The notes under the pieces: generated by a model
What the model was told of the DNA's origin: nothing
The model's database searches: none
What the model saw: the letters and a program-made list of their open reading frames with translations, nothing else
Source: Octopus sinensis
Taxonomy: Eukaryota
Direction of reading: 5' to 3'
Assembly (NCBI RefSeq): GCF_006345805.1
Contig: NC_043012.1
Location: 1,116,001 to 1,180,000, forward strand
Length of the DNA stretch: 64,000 bases
Part shown: positions 1 to 14,091 of the stretch, piece after piece
How the letters are laid out: each line of letters starts with the position of its first letter
Position numbering within the stretch: position 1 is the stretch's first letter
Position numbers and translations under genes: made by a program

Positions 1-57
1 ATATATATATATACACACATACATATATAGGTATATGTGTGTGTGTACACCTTATAG

Positions 58-216
58 TGAAAAGCAAACTGAGTCTTTAAGGTTTTCTCATATCTTCATT
101 GATGACATTTGCAGTTTGAGAAACGAATGTTCTAAAAGTACAAATTCTAAAAGTATAAATGATATTTCCAAAGTATCTCAGCCTCATCATCAGAATATAT
201 GTCTGCATAATCAAAG
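58..216 (+). CDS. Candidate internal exon (phase 2-2, 159 nt), unidentified low-complexity peptide EKQTESLRFSHIFIDDICSLRNECSKSTNSKSIND...
   Basis: cttatag| acceptor, stop-free frame, weak donor AAG|gtctct; non-repetitive island between microsatellites; no homology recognised. Confidence 0.2.
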
Positions 217-644
217 GTCTCTCAATATACAATGATGCAGAACAGAGCCAACATAACTTATGCAGATGATGAGTCCAAGATAGTCTGGCTATACTGACAT
301 AAAGAGATATAGGAACTTTATTGTACCAAGCAAGCAGCAAATGTCTTATATAAAGATTCACAAAATTAAAGAGGCTAATTCAGAACATTGTTATATATTT
401 ATTTTCAATAGTGTAAGAAAAAGGTGATTCATGTATATATGTATGTATGCATGTATATAGATATATATACATGTATGTATATATTTATGTGTATGTGTGT
501 GTATATATATATATACATGAATACACACTCAAATACACATGAACACATGTATATATATATATATATGTGTGTTGTGTGTGTTTTCATATACATACATGTA
601 GGTATATGTGTATGTGTGTTTGTCTTTACAAAAATATATACAGA

Positions 645-680
<36 letters not shown>

Positions 681-1047
681 TGCATCCATGCATAATATAC
701 ATATAGATATATATATATATGTATATGTATGGGTGTATATGTATGTGTGTGAATGTGTGTATGTGTCTGTGTGTGTGTGGCAAAAAAACTAAAACAAAAA
801 TAAATGTAATTGTTAAAAATATTATATATATTTTAAGCAATAAAATTAAACTAATTGAATTTTTTTAATTTAATAATTTTTTAAAGAAAATTTGTTTTTT
901 ACTTTGCACAACATTTGTTAGAATCATTAATAATTATGTTTCTGGTTTATTTAAAATTAGTATTATTATTTGATGTTATTAATATGTAATATATTACTAT
1001 TATTATTATTATTATTATTTTATTATTATTATTATTATTACTATTAC

Positions 1048-1092
<45 letters not shown>

Positions 1093-1095
1093 CAT

Positions 1096-1345
1096 AAGGT
1101 GGTAAGGTGGCAGAATCGTTAGCACACCAAGCAGAATGTTCACCACCATTGCCTCCATCTTCACATTCTGAGTTCCAATTCTGCTAATGCTGACCTTGCC
1201 TTTCATCCTTTAGTGTGGTGGTGGTGGTGGTGGTAGTGGGGAGTTCAATAAAATATGTACCAGTTGAACACTGGGGTCAATTCAATCTACTAACTCACTC
1301 TCCACATCCCCCCATACCCCGATATCGCAGGGCCTTGCGCCAAAC
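1096..1345 (+). mobile_element. tRNA-derived SINE family M (Meta-domain-like), decayed copy
   Basis: ggtggcagaatcgttagcac...ttctgagttccaatt...ccttgcctttcatccttt...aaaatatgtaccagttgaacactggggtcaat, matching the well-preserved copy at 29149. Confidence 0.75.
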
Positions 1346-1578
1346 TTTGAAATTATTATTATGATTATCATTGTTATCATTGTTATTATTATTATTATTA
1401 TTATTATATTATTATTATTATTTGGACAAATAGATTCTGAGTTCAAATTCTGCCCAGGTCAACTTTGCCTTTCATCCTTTTAGGTCCATTAAAATAAGTA
1501 CCAGTCATGTACTGGGTTGGATGTAATCAACTGGGCCCCTCTCCCAAAATTTCAGGCATTGTGCCTATATTAGAAAGG

Positions 1579-1611
<33 letters not shown>

Positions 1612-1685
1612 GTTATTATTATTATTCTTATTATTATTATTATTATTTTTATCATTATTATTATTATTATTATTATCATTATTAT

Positions 1686-1962
1686 TTGCACAGTATACAA
1701 TATCATGAAGTTGTTGATAGTGTGTCTACCAGGGGTTTGTACTGTCAAGTCACAACAAGGACCTCAGACAGACAGTACTTTATGCAATATGTGTGCAGTT
1801 CCAAGTAATGCCAATTTTTGCAATACACCTAGTCTGTAGGGTATTTCTAAAGTTACTAGATGTGTCTTCAGATTGGCTGGTATTGAACCCAATGCTCCGA
1901 TAACAATAGGGATAACTTTTATGCCTGACTCTTGTAGCTGCTACATCTTAGCGATCTCAGTT
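1686..1962 (-). mobile_element. R4/Dong-type non-LTR retrotransposon 3' end remnant
   Basis: Minus strand reads EIAKM*QLQESGIKVIPIVIGALGSIPANLKTHLVTLEIPYRLGVLQKLALLGTAHILHKVLSV*, the C-terminus typical of restriction-like-endonuclease R4-clade ORFs; flanked by (ATT)n on both sides. Confidence 0.8.
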
Positions 1963-1988
1963 TATTATTATTATTGTTATTAATATTA

Positions 1989-2060
<72 letters not shown>

Positions 2061-2356
2061 TATTATTATTATTATTTGGGTGGGTGCATATGGGATTCAC
2101 AGAGCTGTTGGAGTATCAGAAAAATATGCCTTGGGCTATTAGTGCTGTTTTCTTTTTTTTTTTACATTCTGAGCTCAAATTCTTTAGAGGCCAACTTTTC
2201 CTTACCTCCTTTTGGAGTTGATAAAATAAAGTACCAGTGAAGTACTGGGGGTCAAAGCTATCGACTACCCACCTCCCTCGAAACTTACTGGCCATGTACC
2301 TATATTAGAAATCATTGTTTTTGTTTTTGTTGTTGTTGTTGCTGTCATTGTTATCA

Positions 2357-2420
<64 letters not shown>

Positions 2421-2443
2421 CATTATTATTATTATCATTATTA

Positions 2444-2478
<35 letters not shown>

Positions 2479-2523
2479 ATTATTAGTATTATTTATTATT
2501 ATTATTATTATCATTATTATTTA

Positions 2524-2576
<53 letters not shown>

Positions 2577-2927
2577 CATTATTAGGCAGGTGGTCTGCTG
2601 ACAGAACTTTTAGAGTGTCAGACAAAATGCTTATCCATGTTTTTGCTGGTTCTTTGTCTTGTGTTCAATCGCAACCAAGGTCTCAACTTTACCTGTCATC
2701 CTTTCGAGGTCAATAAAATAAATACCAGTCAAACACTGGGGTTGATATAATCAACTAGATCCCTCCCGCCACCCAAAATTTCAGGCCGTGAAGGATTATT
2801 AGCACTTACTACTATATATATGCGTATGAGTATATATATTATTATTTATATATATACATAGAAGAAGGATTATTAGCACTTACTACTACTTCTCCTACTA
2901 CTAACATTAGTATTATTATTGTAATTA

Positions 2928-2988
<61 letters not shown>

Positions 2989-3035
2989 TATTATCATTAT
3001 TATTATAATTATTATTATCATTATTATTATTATTA

Positions 3036-3072
<37 letters not shown>

Positions 3073-3479
3073 TATTGTTGTTATTGTTGCACTGTTGCGT
3101 TGCCAAGACTGGCATTTCAGAGTCACTTGCACCATATACGTGGCAATATTAACAGCTGTTGATTTCTTTATTCAGTCCTTCTTTCAATGTAATTTGCTCT
3201 TGAAAGTGTTAAAAAAATACAAAAAAAAAAGAAAGAAAAGAAACAGAACATTTGAAAACAAACAAGACGAACAAAAAAATATTTAAAAAAAACAAAACGA
3301 AAAATAATGAATTAATAAAAAAGGAATTAGAAAAAATTTTCTATATTTTTTTTTCTGCCGGAAATACAATGAAGATTTTTGAGAGTAGTCAACTATCTCA
3401 ACCAAAAGATGCACAATAATTAAACAGTGGTGTATAAGATGATTCAAATATTTATATATACAATATGTATATATATATG

Positions 3480-3544
<65 letters not shown>

Positions 3545-3776
3545 CGTATATACACACACATACATTCATATATATATATATATATGTGTGGGTGTGTGTA
3601 GATATAGAGATATATATATACATATATATCAATATATATATATATACATATAAATGCATACATGTACTATACACTTATACATACATTTATATATATGTAC
3701 TCATATATATATGTGTGTGTATATATTATATATATATAATGGTGTGTGGTGTGTTTTATATGTATAATATGTATAT

Positions 3777-3816
<40 letters not shown>

Positions 3817-3898
3817 TACATATATATATAAACATACAAACCTATAAAATAAAAAAGAATGGAAACTACTTGAAATCGGTTTCTAACAAAATTTACAG

Positions 3899-4034
3899 GT
3901 GTGATTCCAATGTATATTGTGCTAAAAAAATAGAAAAAGATGTGATTTTATCAAATATTGTACAAAAAGATGTAACATTAACAGATATTGTGCAAAAAGA
4001 TGCAAATTCCCCAGATGAATTAAAAACAAACTAA
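3899..4034 (+). CDS. Candidate terminal exon (phase 2) CDSNVYCAKKIEKDVILSNIVQKDVTLTDIVQKDANSPDELKTN*
   Basis: Branch-like ttctaac plus atttacag| acceptor, open frame with three 30-bp (10-aa) repeats, TAA followed at once by AATAAA (4035-4040). Confidence 0.3.
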
Positions 4035-4284
4035 AATAAAACAAAAAAAAATCCTTTTTAACTTAATGTCTAAAATAGTAGAGAATTTTTATTTCCAGGA
4101 AATCACATTGCTTTCCCAATTCTACACCATATTCTTTTGGCATATAAAGTAATATAAAAGAAAAATCTAAAAAACCCACTTTTTTAAGTAGTACTAGAAA
4201 TTTTCATTCCATCCCACTCTTTTCATATATGTAAATATATATATATATATATATGATATATACATTATATATGTATATATATAC

Positions 4285-4332
<48 letters not shown>

Positions 4333-4491
4333 GTATATATGTGTGTTTGTGTGTGTGTGTATATATACATATATGTATATATTATATATGTGTGCATGTG
4401 TGTGAGTGTATACATATATATATTTCTGTGTGTGTGATTGTGCATGTGTGAACGTATGTGCACATGAATGTGTCTGAGCATATATATATAT

Positions 4492-4541
<50 letters not shown>

Positions 4542-4553
4542 TGTATATATATG

Positions 4554-4589
<36 letters not shown>

Positions 4590-5214
4590 TATATAGCTAC
4601 ATATATTCATACATACATGCATATATATATATATACATATATATATTGACACATACACTCACTGAATTTCAATTAAAATGGTTTACAAATTTGAATGCTA
4701 AAAAAAGAAAACAAATAAAAAAATAGAGCAAAAAAATAAAAATTGGCTGTTTATAAACTGTATAGAATGCATATAGTTTGAATACACACTCTTTAATAAA
4801 TATTAATGAATATACAATATGTATTTATATTATATTTACTTCTACACTCCAATGCCCCGCCCCTGCTTGTCCCAATCTTTCTTATAATATTTCAATAGCT
4901 AAATTATACAAGCTTGCATCGACTAACTCAATCTTTCTAAGCATGAAAATGTCTGGGGTACTTATTTTTTTGTTAATTCTGTAAATTACCAATTCCACAA
5001 AGAGAACATCTTGGCATCATAAATTCTAGTTGCCTGCCTTTGCTAATTTTACCTTTTTTAAAGGATTTTCTCAGCTTTACCATTCTCCATCTTTTATCAT
5101 TCCAGTCCAGTTCTATATTTCTTACAATGCAATTTATTATTTATATTATTGTTATCACTGTTGTTGTTGTTGATGATGTTATTATTATCATTATTATTAT
5201 TAATATTATTATTA

Positions 5215-5245
<31 letters not shown>

Positions 5246-5257
5246 CATTATTATTAA

Positions 5258-5290
<33 letters not shown>

Positions 5291-5787
5291 ATAAGAGCAT
5301 TTGATTAACTGAATCATTAGAGGATCACTGGCAAAATGCTTTGTAGCATTTAGTCAAGTCCCTTTAGTTTTCGGTTTCAATTCTGGCAAGGCCAATTTTG
5401 CCTTTCATCCCCTCTGAGGTCAATAAAATAACGTACCAGTCTAGTGGTTTGATCTAATTGTATGAATGCTTCCTTCCAACTTAATGGCCTTTGCCCGATG
5501 TAGACAACCCTGACAAAATTATTAGGACATTAGACAATATGCTATGTGTTACACCTTGTGTCATTTTATTTTCTGATTCCAAACCTTGCTAAGTTTAACT
5601 TGGATTTTCAACCTTTTTGGGTAAATAAATTAAAGTACCAGTCAATTACTGGGGTCATTTTAATCAAATAAACTCCCACCTCCTTTCAAAATTGCTGGCC
5701 TTGTGCATAAATCAGAAATAATAATAGTAATAATAATAATAATCATTACAACAGTAATAATAATAATAATTGTTATCATCATCATCA

Positions 5788-5870
<83 letters not shown>

Positions 5871-6062
5871 GACTGTTGTTGACAAAAAAAAAAGAAGTAA
5901 AATGATATAAATTAAAGAAATGTGTTAAAAATGTTTTCGTTGTCAATTCTATATTCTGATTCAGAACTGAAAGGACATACATGCAAAAAAAAAAAAAGAA
6001 AAACAATGGGAAAATATTATTGATGATAATAATAAAACTGCATTATGATTATTATTATTATG

Positions 6063-6118
<56 letters not shown>

Positions 6119-6260
6119 GATTGTTATAATAAATAAATGACTTAAAAATGCAGATTCTAAATTATTAAAATTTATATGGTTATATACCTACATGTATATA
6201 TTGAATCACACATAAACACACATACACATGTGTGTGTATATATGTATATATATATGTGTG

Positions 6261-6305
<45 letters not shown>

Positions 6306-6376
6306 ATATATATATATATATATAATATATATACACACATACGCATATATATATTTACATGTATATATGCATTTAC

Positions 6377-6432
<56 letters not shown>

Positions 6433-6976
6433 CACATATATATATATACACACATATATAGTTTGATATATCTATGTACATATATACATATATACATACA
6501 TATGTGTGTAAGTGTGTATTTTGTGTGTGCATATGAATGTCTGTGTGTTAAAATAAATATTCCTTAAAGGTGATCTATGTTGAAATCCATAAGCTTCTTG
6601 AATTATAGATATTTCTGTGACATTTTAAAATATTGTTGTTGTTTGGTAAGAATCAAAATATGAAACAACTAATGGGCCAAATCAAGGCCATCAGCCGGTG
6701 ACAGTTGTGTTTCATTTCATTGGTAAATGCATGTATGCCAAAACATCTCAGTTTGTCTATTTAAAGGTTAATGCCTCCAATAAATATATACACACACACA
6801 CACGAACACACACACATGCATGCACACATATATGCACTCACACATACACACATTCACATGTATATATATATGCGTATGAGTATATATATTATTATTTATA
6901 TATGTGTGTGTATATATATATTATGTATATATATATATAGTATGTATATTATATATATACATATACTATATACATT

Positions 6977-7012
<36 letters not shown>

Positions 7013-7179
7013 TACATATGTATATATATGTATCTATATACATATATATATGTATATATATGTATATATATATACATATATATGTATATATGCATACATA
7101 TATATATATGTATATATATATATGCATATATATATACACATACATATATCCATATATATGTATATATGTATATATATAC

Positions 7180-7216
<37 letters not shown>

Positions 7217-7237
7217 CATATATATATATAATATATA

Positions 7238-7307
<70 letters not shown>

Positions 7308-7313
<6 letters not shown>

Positions 7314-8434
7314 GGGTGAAAAGTTAGTAGGCATTAAAAAATGGTAAGAAAATCCATATTCCCTTTACAAATTTATAGAAACAAATGATTCATGGTTCTT
7401 TATTAGATGGGAAAATGAAAGTAAATCATATTTCAACATAAGCACCGGTGGCATCAATCCATTTCCTCGAATGGCCATGGATGGAATGAATAATTTTGTG
7501 AAGGACATCATCTAAGATATCATTGAGAACCTCCCGAATCCACGTCTCCAAATCCTCCAGTATGTGAGGTTTTGTCTTGTACACCTTTTTTGTGTAACCC
7601 CAAAGGTAAAAATCTCATGGAGTGAGATCTGGACTTCTTGGAGTTCTGGACTTTTGGACTTCTGTGGTCAGGCTACAGGTTTTAGTTCCTGGATGTAATG
7701 GGGTTTCCATTGGCAAAAATTCAATTCTTTAACCCTTTAGTGTTCACATTATTCTGCCAAAATTAATCCTTTTTTATCCACATTGTTTTGAACTAATCCT
7801 GCATTATCTTGTAGCTATGAGATTTTGATGAGGTAGCTGTTAATTTTTAAAATGATATTGTAGGGTTGGTGTGAGAGACCAGATCTGGCCAGTTTGAACA
7901 TAAAACAAGCAGAATACTTTTGGCCGGATGTGGCCGGTGTAAATGCTAAAGGGTTAAGTAACACCATACACAGTGTGTGTCTTGTTAGTCCACTTTCACG
8001 AGCTGCTTGATGTGTTGATTTTTGTGGTCTGCAATTAAACATTTCCTGCACTGTTGCCATATTCTTCACTGATTGGGATGTGGTTGGAGGGCCACTTCTT
8101 CTTGCATCATTCACAGAGCCCGTAGCCAGTAGCTTTGCAGACAACTTTTTATTGTCTCCAGACGAAGTCTTGCATGCTTACCTTTCCAATAATGCCACCA
8201 TCTCTGAATCAAAACTATGAAATTCCACACTTCATAGCATGCTGTAATCTAAGTTCACTCATGAACAGTTAAGTGACTGGCCATCTGGAAAATAAGAAAT
8301 AAGATTTAAGACAATAAAGAAGTAAAAATTCCCCATTTGTGTTGTCTGTTTAAAAGATGTTTTTGTCATGACATCGGTGTTCCTAAAAATTCTATAAGCA
8401 ATTTCTAATGCCTAGTTACTTTCCACCCACCCTC
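7308..8434 (-). mobile_element. Decayed, internally deleted Tc1/mariner (maT/DUF4817-HTH type) DNA transposon
   Basis: TIRs gagggtgggtgaaaagttagtaggcatta at left and the reverse complement of gagggtgggtggaaagtaactaggcatta at right with TA flank; minus-strand remnants KLLATGSVNDARRSGPPTTS...PQKSTHQAARESGLTRHTL (N-terminal HTH) and PRSPDLTP*DFYLWGYTKKVYKTKPHILEDLETWIREVL (C-terminal catalytic motif). Confidence 0.88.
7729..7957 (+). mobile_element. TTAA-flanked (piggyBac-type) MITE family 1, nested in the mariner element
   Basis: TTAA-CCCTTTAG...CTAAAGGG-TTAA, 229 bp; near-identical copy at 61036-61264. Confidence 0.85.
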
Positions 8435-9108
8435 TATATATGTTACATGTGTGTGTGTATGTGCGTGTGTGTGTGTGTGTGTGTGCGTGCGTGTGTGTGT
8501 GTGTGTGTGTGTGCGTGCGTGTGTGTGTGTTATTAGCAAGAGAAGTAGTACTGGTTCAGTTCAGAATAGGTATCTGTATATGTTATGTAACATGGATATC
8601 CTGTAGAAAGCCACAAAACTGTGTCATTTGTTTTGAGAAAGCTTCTCATATAGGCCTATAATGTTAAAAAGCACAGAACCATAACAGTAGCTTTTTTTCT
8701 GCAACTGATGCTCTTCTATGCTTTTTGTCTATGTGTAAAACTATCTCAAGAAGAAAACAGCAGCATTTTTACTGCAATATATATTATACATAATATATAC
8801 AGATGAATATTCATACAAGAATAAGAATACATATACACACACACACACACATATATATATATATGTATGTATGTATGTATGTATACACACAATTCTCTCT
8901 CTCTCTCACATGCACACACTCAAACACAAGCACACAAGCACACAGTTTACTCATCTATTAAGGTAAAATCAACAAAAAAGTACTCCTAGTGAGAAATAAA
9001 TATCTTTTAATAAACACAGAATAAAAGATAGCTTTGGAGGTGTGGATCTTAGAGATGTGGATCTAGGTAGGTCTTATAACACACATTGTGTCAGCAAACA
9101 AACGTCAT

Positions 9109-9282
9109 GCTCTGAGCACATGGTCTATTTAGTTTGCAAATCAAGATGTTGCTACAAGAGAAATCATGAGAAAAAAAGAAAAAAAAGGTAGATGCAAAGA
9201 CTGGAAGGGTGAAGGAAAAGTGAAAAAGAAAAGAGAGAATATAAGAGTTATGTTCCCTTTCAGTAGACCATGTGCTCAGAGC
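9109..9282. repeat. 19-bp perfect inverted repeat pair around a purine-rich spacer
   Basis: gctctgagcacatggtcta (9109-9127) and tagaccatgtgctcagagc (9264-9282). Confidence 0.8.
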
Positions 9283-9499
9283 CTGCAGATTGCTTGGAGA
9301 CATAAGGCATGCTATAAAACCCTGCTTAGATGCACATTTCCAGAGCAAGAAACTGTTAGTAGCATAAATCTCTATACTATGTACATCAAATTACACATAC
9401 AAACATGCACACACACACATATATATATACATACATATATATGAATGTGTGTGCATATATATATAAATATACATATACATACATATACTCATACATACA

Positions 9500-9557
<58 letters not shown>

Positions 9558-9560
9558 TAT

Positions 9561-9610
<50 letters not shown>

Positions 9611-9616
<6 letters not shown>

Positions 9617-9660
9617 GCGTTGTGTTTACTCTTTGTGTTTTCATGTTTGGATTAACTTCA
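9611..9660 (+). mobile_element. Short remnant of the Penelope-like terminal repeat seen at 17.8 kb
   Basis: gtcctcgcgttgtgtttactctttgtgttttcatgtttggattaactt matches about 17915-17965; flanked by (TA)n. Confidence 0.65.
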
Positions 9661-10051
9661 TATATATATGCATATGTTTGGATTTTTATTATTTTGATGT
9701 GTGTGCAGATCTAGATGTGGATGCATATGAGTTGCACTGTTGTGTTGATTTCAAATCCGGAAACAGTTTCAAATCCTACTGGTGCAATTACATTTCTTGT
9801 GTGTCACTAATATCTATTGAGAACAACATGGAAGCCATGCGGTCTTCTTCCATCCTCCCCCACCATTCTTGTATAAATTTGAGGCTATGTAAGAAATCAG
9901 TATATCATTTAATAATTCCAATAATAATAATAATAATGACAAAAATATGTAAATAAATATATAAATATTGTATGAAATATTTTAATATTATTTTTATTAT
10001 TGTTAATATTTTATTATCATTGTAATTGCTATTATTAGTATTGTGACATTA

Positions 10052-10106
<55 letters not shown>

Positions 10107-10439
10107 AATGTTGAGCTGACACAATCATTACATCTGCAGATAAAAATGCTTGTGACATCGCTTCTGTTTCTTTATGGGTCGGTCTCTCAGTTCCATAAAG
10201 ACTGAACCTTGCTTTCATTCTTTCAGGGTTAGCAAATCAAGTAACGGTTGAGAAGCAGGGTCAGGGTAATTGACTTGCCCCTGTCCTCAATATTACTGGC
10301 CTTGTGCCAAAAACTAAAAAGAAATCAGTATTATTCATATCATCATCAACATCATCATCATCATTGTCATCATCATCGTCATCGTAATCATTTTCATCAT
10401 TAATATTATCATCATCATCATTATTATTATTATTATTAT

Positions 10440-10455
10440 TATTATATTATTATTA

Positions 10456-10502
<47 letters not shown>

Positions 10503-10530
10503 GCTATTATCATTATTATCATAATCATCA

Positions 10531-10561
<31 letters not shown>

Positions 10562-10683
10562 CATTATTATTATTATTATTATTATTACTATTATTATTAT
10601 TATTATTATTATTATTGTTATTATTATTATTATCATCATTATTATTATCATTATTATTATTATTATTATTACTATTATTATTA

Positions 10684-10719
<36 letters not shown>

Positions 10720-10722
10720 GTA

Positions 10723-10769
<47 letters not shown>

Positions 10770-10916
10770 ATTGTTATTATTATTATTATTATTACTATTA
10801 TTATCATTATCATCATCATTATTATTATTATCATTATTATAGGGTCTGGTTGCAGTCTTTTGTTGTATTAGTGCTTGTTTATTTCATTGAATATATACTC
10901 TATATAGTCTTATGAA

Positions 10917-10973
<57 letters not shown>

Positions 10974-10990
10974 TACTATTATTATTATTA
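10440..10990. repeat. Long (ATT)n/(ATC)n microsatellite tract, representative of dozens in the window
   Basis: Read directly; source of the poly-I/L/N ORFs. Confidence 0.95.
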
Positions 10991-11230
10991 TCATCATCAT
11001 TAAAACAGCAAGCTGGTGGATCATTAGACCACTAGGAAAAATGTTTAACTGCATTTCGTCCATCTTAATGTTCTGAGTTCAAATTCCTCTGCGGTCAACT
11101 TTGCCTTTCATCCTCTCAGGGCCGTTAAAAGAAATACCAGTTAGATAATTGGGGACATTGTAACTTGCTGGCCTCGTGCCAAAAACTGAAACCATTATTA
11201 TTATTATCATTATTATTATTATTATTATTA

Positions 11231-11276
<46 letters not shown>

Positions 11277-11827
11277 CCTTATTATTATTATTATCATCAT
11301 CATCATTATTATTATTATCATTATTATTATTATTATTATTATTATCATTATTATTATTATCATCATTATCATTATTACTATTATTATTATTATTATTATT
11401 ATTATCATTATTATTATTATTATTATTATTATTAGCTAGCAAGCACAATCCATTCAAGACACATTACTACCAAACTTTTCATATATTTAGTTTCTCTCTC
11501 CATTGCAGTAAGTTCTTTTAAGTTGCTGAAGCCCCCATGAAAGTGGTACCTCTTCATTTTAGCACCTCCAAAATTCCTGTCAATGGAAATAAATAAGTGT
11601 AGTAGTAGAACTAGTAGTAGTCTGCTCTTTCTCATTATAAAAATGAAGTGTGTAAACAGTGGGTGTTTCAGGTAAAATTTTAATATATATGTATATGTGT
11701 GAATCTGTATGTGCGTGTACAATTGTGTGTGTTGAAGAGAAAGAGAATAATATATATATATATATATATATATAAAAATGGAAAAATAAATTTAAAATTT
11801 ACAAAAACAGGGGACAATCTTCTAAGG

Positions 11828-12113
11828 TAGTGGTTCTCAACCAGGGTCCATGTGACCCTTGGGCGAGGATGAGTGGGTGGGGATCCCATGTAAGATTTTG
11901 TTGTTAAAATTCATCTGCAATAAATTGGTTATAATTCAACGACACACAAAATATTTTAACAATTTCTTTTGTATAATAATTCCCAATAATACTCAATTGT
12001 TAAAATATATGATTTCGGGGGGTTTTTTTTTAACATCGAATGGTTGGGAGAGTCCATCTGAGTAAAATAGAAACCAAAGGGATCCATAGGTTAGAAACGG
12101 TTGAGAAACACTG
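11828..12113. mobile_element. hAT-type (Charlie-like) MITE
   Basis: TIRs tagtggttctcaacc / ggttgagaaacactg (consensus CAGTGKTTCTCAACC); 8-bp TSD not preserved. Confidence 0.6.
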
Positions 12114-12269
12114 ATTGAAAGCAATATAAACCATCCCAGAACTAACTAAAATCTCTTAAACACTTCAGAACATCCTTATAGTAAATTATAACCAAAAAAG
12201 TTGTGTGAAGAACCATCAAGCAATGCTGTTCACCACCCTCAACTGTAACTTTTCTGTCCCCATTACTCT

Positions 12270-12710
12270 TTTACTATTTTATTTGTTTCAGTCATTTGAC
12301 TGTGGCCATGCGGGAGCACCACCTTTAGTCAAACAAATTGACTCCAAGACTTGTTCTTTGTAAGCCAAGTACTTTTTCTATCGGTCTATTTTGCCAAACC
12401 AATCTGTTACAGGGATGTAAACAAGCCAGCATCGGTTGTCAAGCGATAATGGAGTGGGGGGACGAACACAGACACACAATATATACATACACATATATGT
12501 GTGTGTGTGTGTGTGTTTGTGTGTGTGTGTTTGTGTGTGCATATACAATGGGCTTCTTTCAGTTTCTGTCTACCAAATCCACTCACAAGGCTTTATTCGG
12601 CCTGAGACTTTAGTAGAAGATACTTGCTAAAGGTACCACACAGTGGGACTGAACCCAGAACCATGTGGTTGGGAAGCAAGCTTCTTACCACACACCCACT
12701 CCTGCACCTA
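12270..12710 (-). mobile_element. SINE family K (internal TA/TG microsatellite), reverse copy
   Basis: Reverse-complement match to 43860-44280 across head, internal repeat and gactgaaac tail. Confidence 0.8.
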
Positions 12711-13100
12711 TACTCCCTTCTTTTCAAGTCATAGTTAAAAACCTTCAATGAGGGCGTAGTCAAAGCAGGGAAGTGTGAGTGTTATTCGTCTTATTTACCA
12801 TGAAACCGATTTTGGAATAGCCACTACATGGAGGAAAATTGTCCAACATACCATAATTGGTCTTCAGCATTACTTCACAAGAATAATTCTGTCATTGTAT
12901 GTACATTTTGGGCAAACTCAGACCATGGCTATCTAGAAGACCATAGATGGCAAGACCAAATTTTTTTTTAAATGTCTGTAAAGCATCTGACCTGTAAATC
13001 TTTTGGAAGAGTCAGAAAAGACAGAATTGTTTCATTATAATAAAAACATTAATAATAATTATAATTTTTAAAGTGACACAAGGAAAAAATATAGAACAGT

Positions 13101-13355
13101 GGAGGTGCGTGGCTTAGTGGTTAGGGTGTCAGCATCATGATCATAAGATTGTAGTTTCGATTCCTGGACCAGGCGATGCGTTGTGTTCTTGAGCAAAACA
13201 CTTCATTTCACATTGTTCCAGTCCACTCAGCTGGCAAAAAGGAGTTATGCTGCGATGGGCTACGATGGACTGGCGTTCCATCCAGCTAGGGAACACATAC
13301 GCCAGTGAAACCGGGAAACCGGGCCCATGAGCCTGGCTAGGCTTTAAAAGGGCAC
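13101..13355 (+). mobile_element. tRNA-derived CORE-like SINE family C (OR-type)
   Basis: A-box tggcttagtggtt, B-box gtttcgattcc, CORE-like ttgtgttcttgagcaaaacacttcatttcac...ccagtccactcagctg; further copies at about 19207, 24652, 32790, 42733 and 46829. Confidence 0.8.
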
Positions 13356-13986
13356 ATTTATTTTTTAAAGGCGGTGCTCCAGCATGGCCGCAGTCAAAAT
13401 GACTGAAACAAGTAAAAGAGTAAAAGAGCAAAATATTGAGCGAATATAAGAATGAGAACAACACCCCCCCCCATTACATGACTGGTACTTAATCTTTCAA
13501 AGCCAGCAAGATGAAAAGAAAAGTTTGTTTTAGTGAGATGTATTTTAAGTTTAGATTCTTTTAGATTCAATTTTGGCCTTTCCTCATTTGAGGATTAATA
13601 AGATGGTTAGTACCTATAATATGCTAAGAAGCTTAATCAAACTGATACACCGTCCTGCTCTATGTGTGCCCATGTGCCTATTTGGCTATTCCTTTTTTAC
13701 AGGTTAATGAAGCTAGTTCATTTTTGTGTGTGTGCGTGTGTGTGTGTGTATGTGTGTGTTTGGAGTTTTGAAGGCGCTGAATTTAATGTGAGGGCTTTCT
13801 TATCATTCCAATGCACTTCAGCAACTTAAATGAAATAGCTCCAGCTGAGGCTGAACACAGGACCATGTATCTTGTCGGTAGGAAAACAGGAAAACACATC
13901 ACCACTGTACTTTGGTGCTTGATAATTATAAGGATTTCTTTTATTTGCCACAGGGGTATAGATGGACAAATAACAACAACAACAAC

Positions 13987-14018
<32 letters not shown>

Positions 14019-14041
14019 TGATGATGATGATGATGATGATG

Positions 14042-14091
<50 letters not shown>

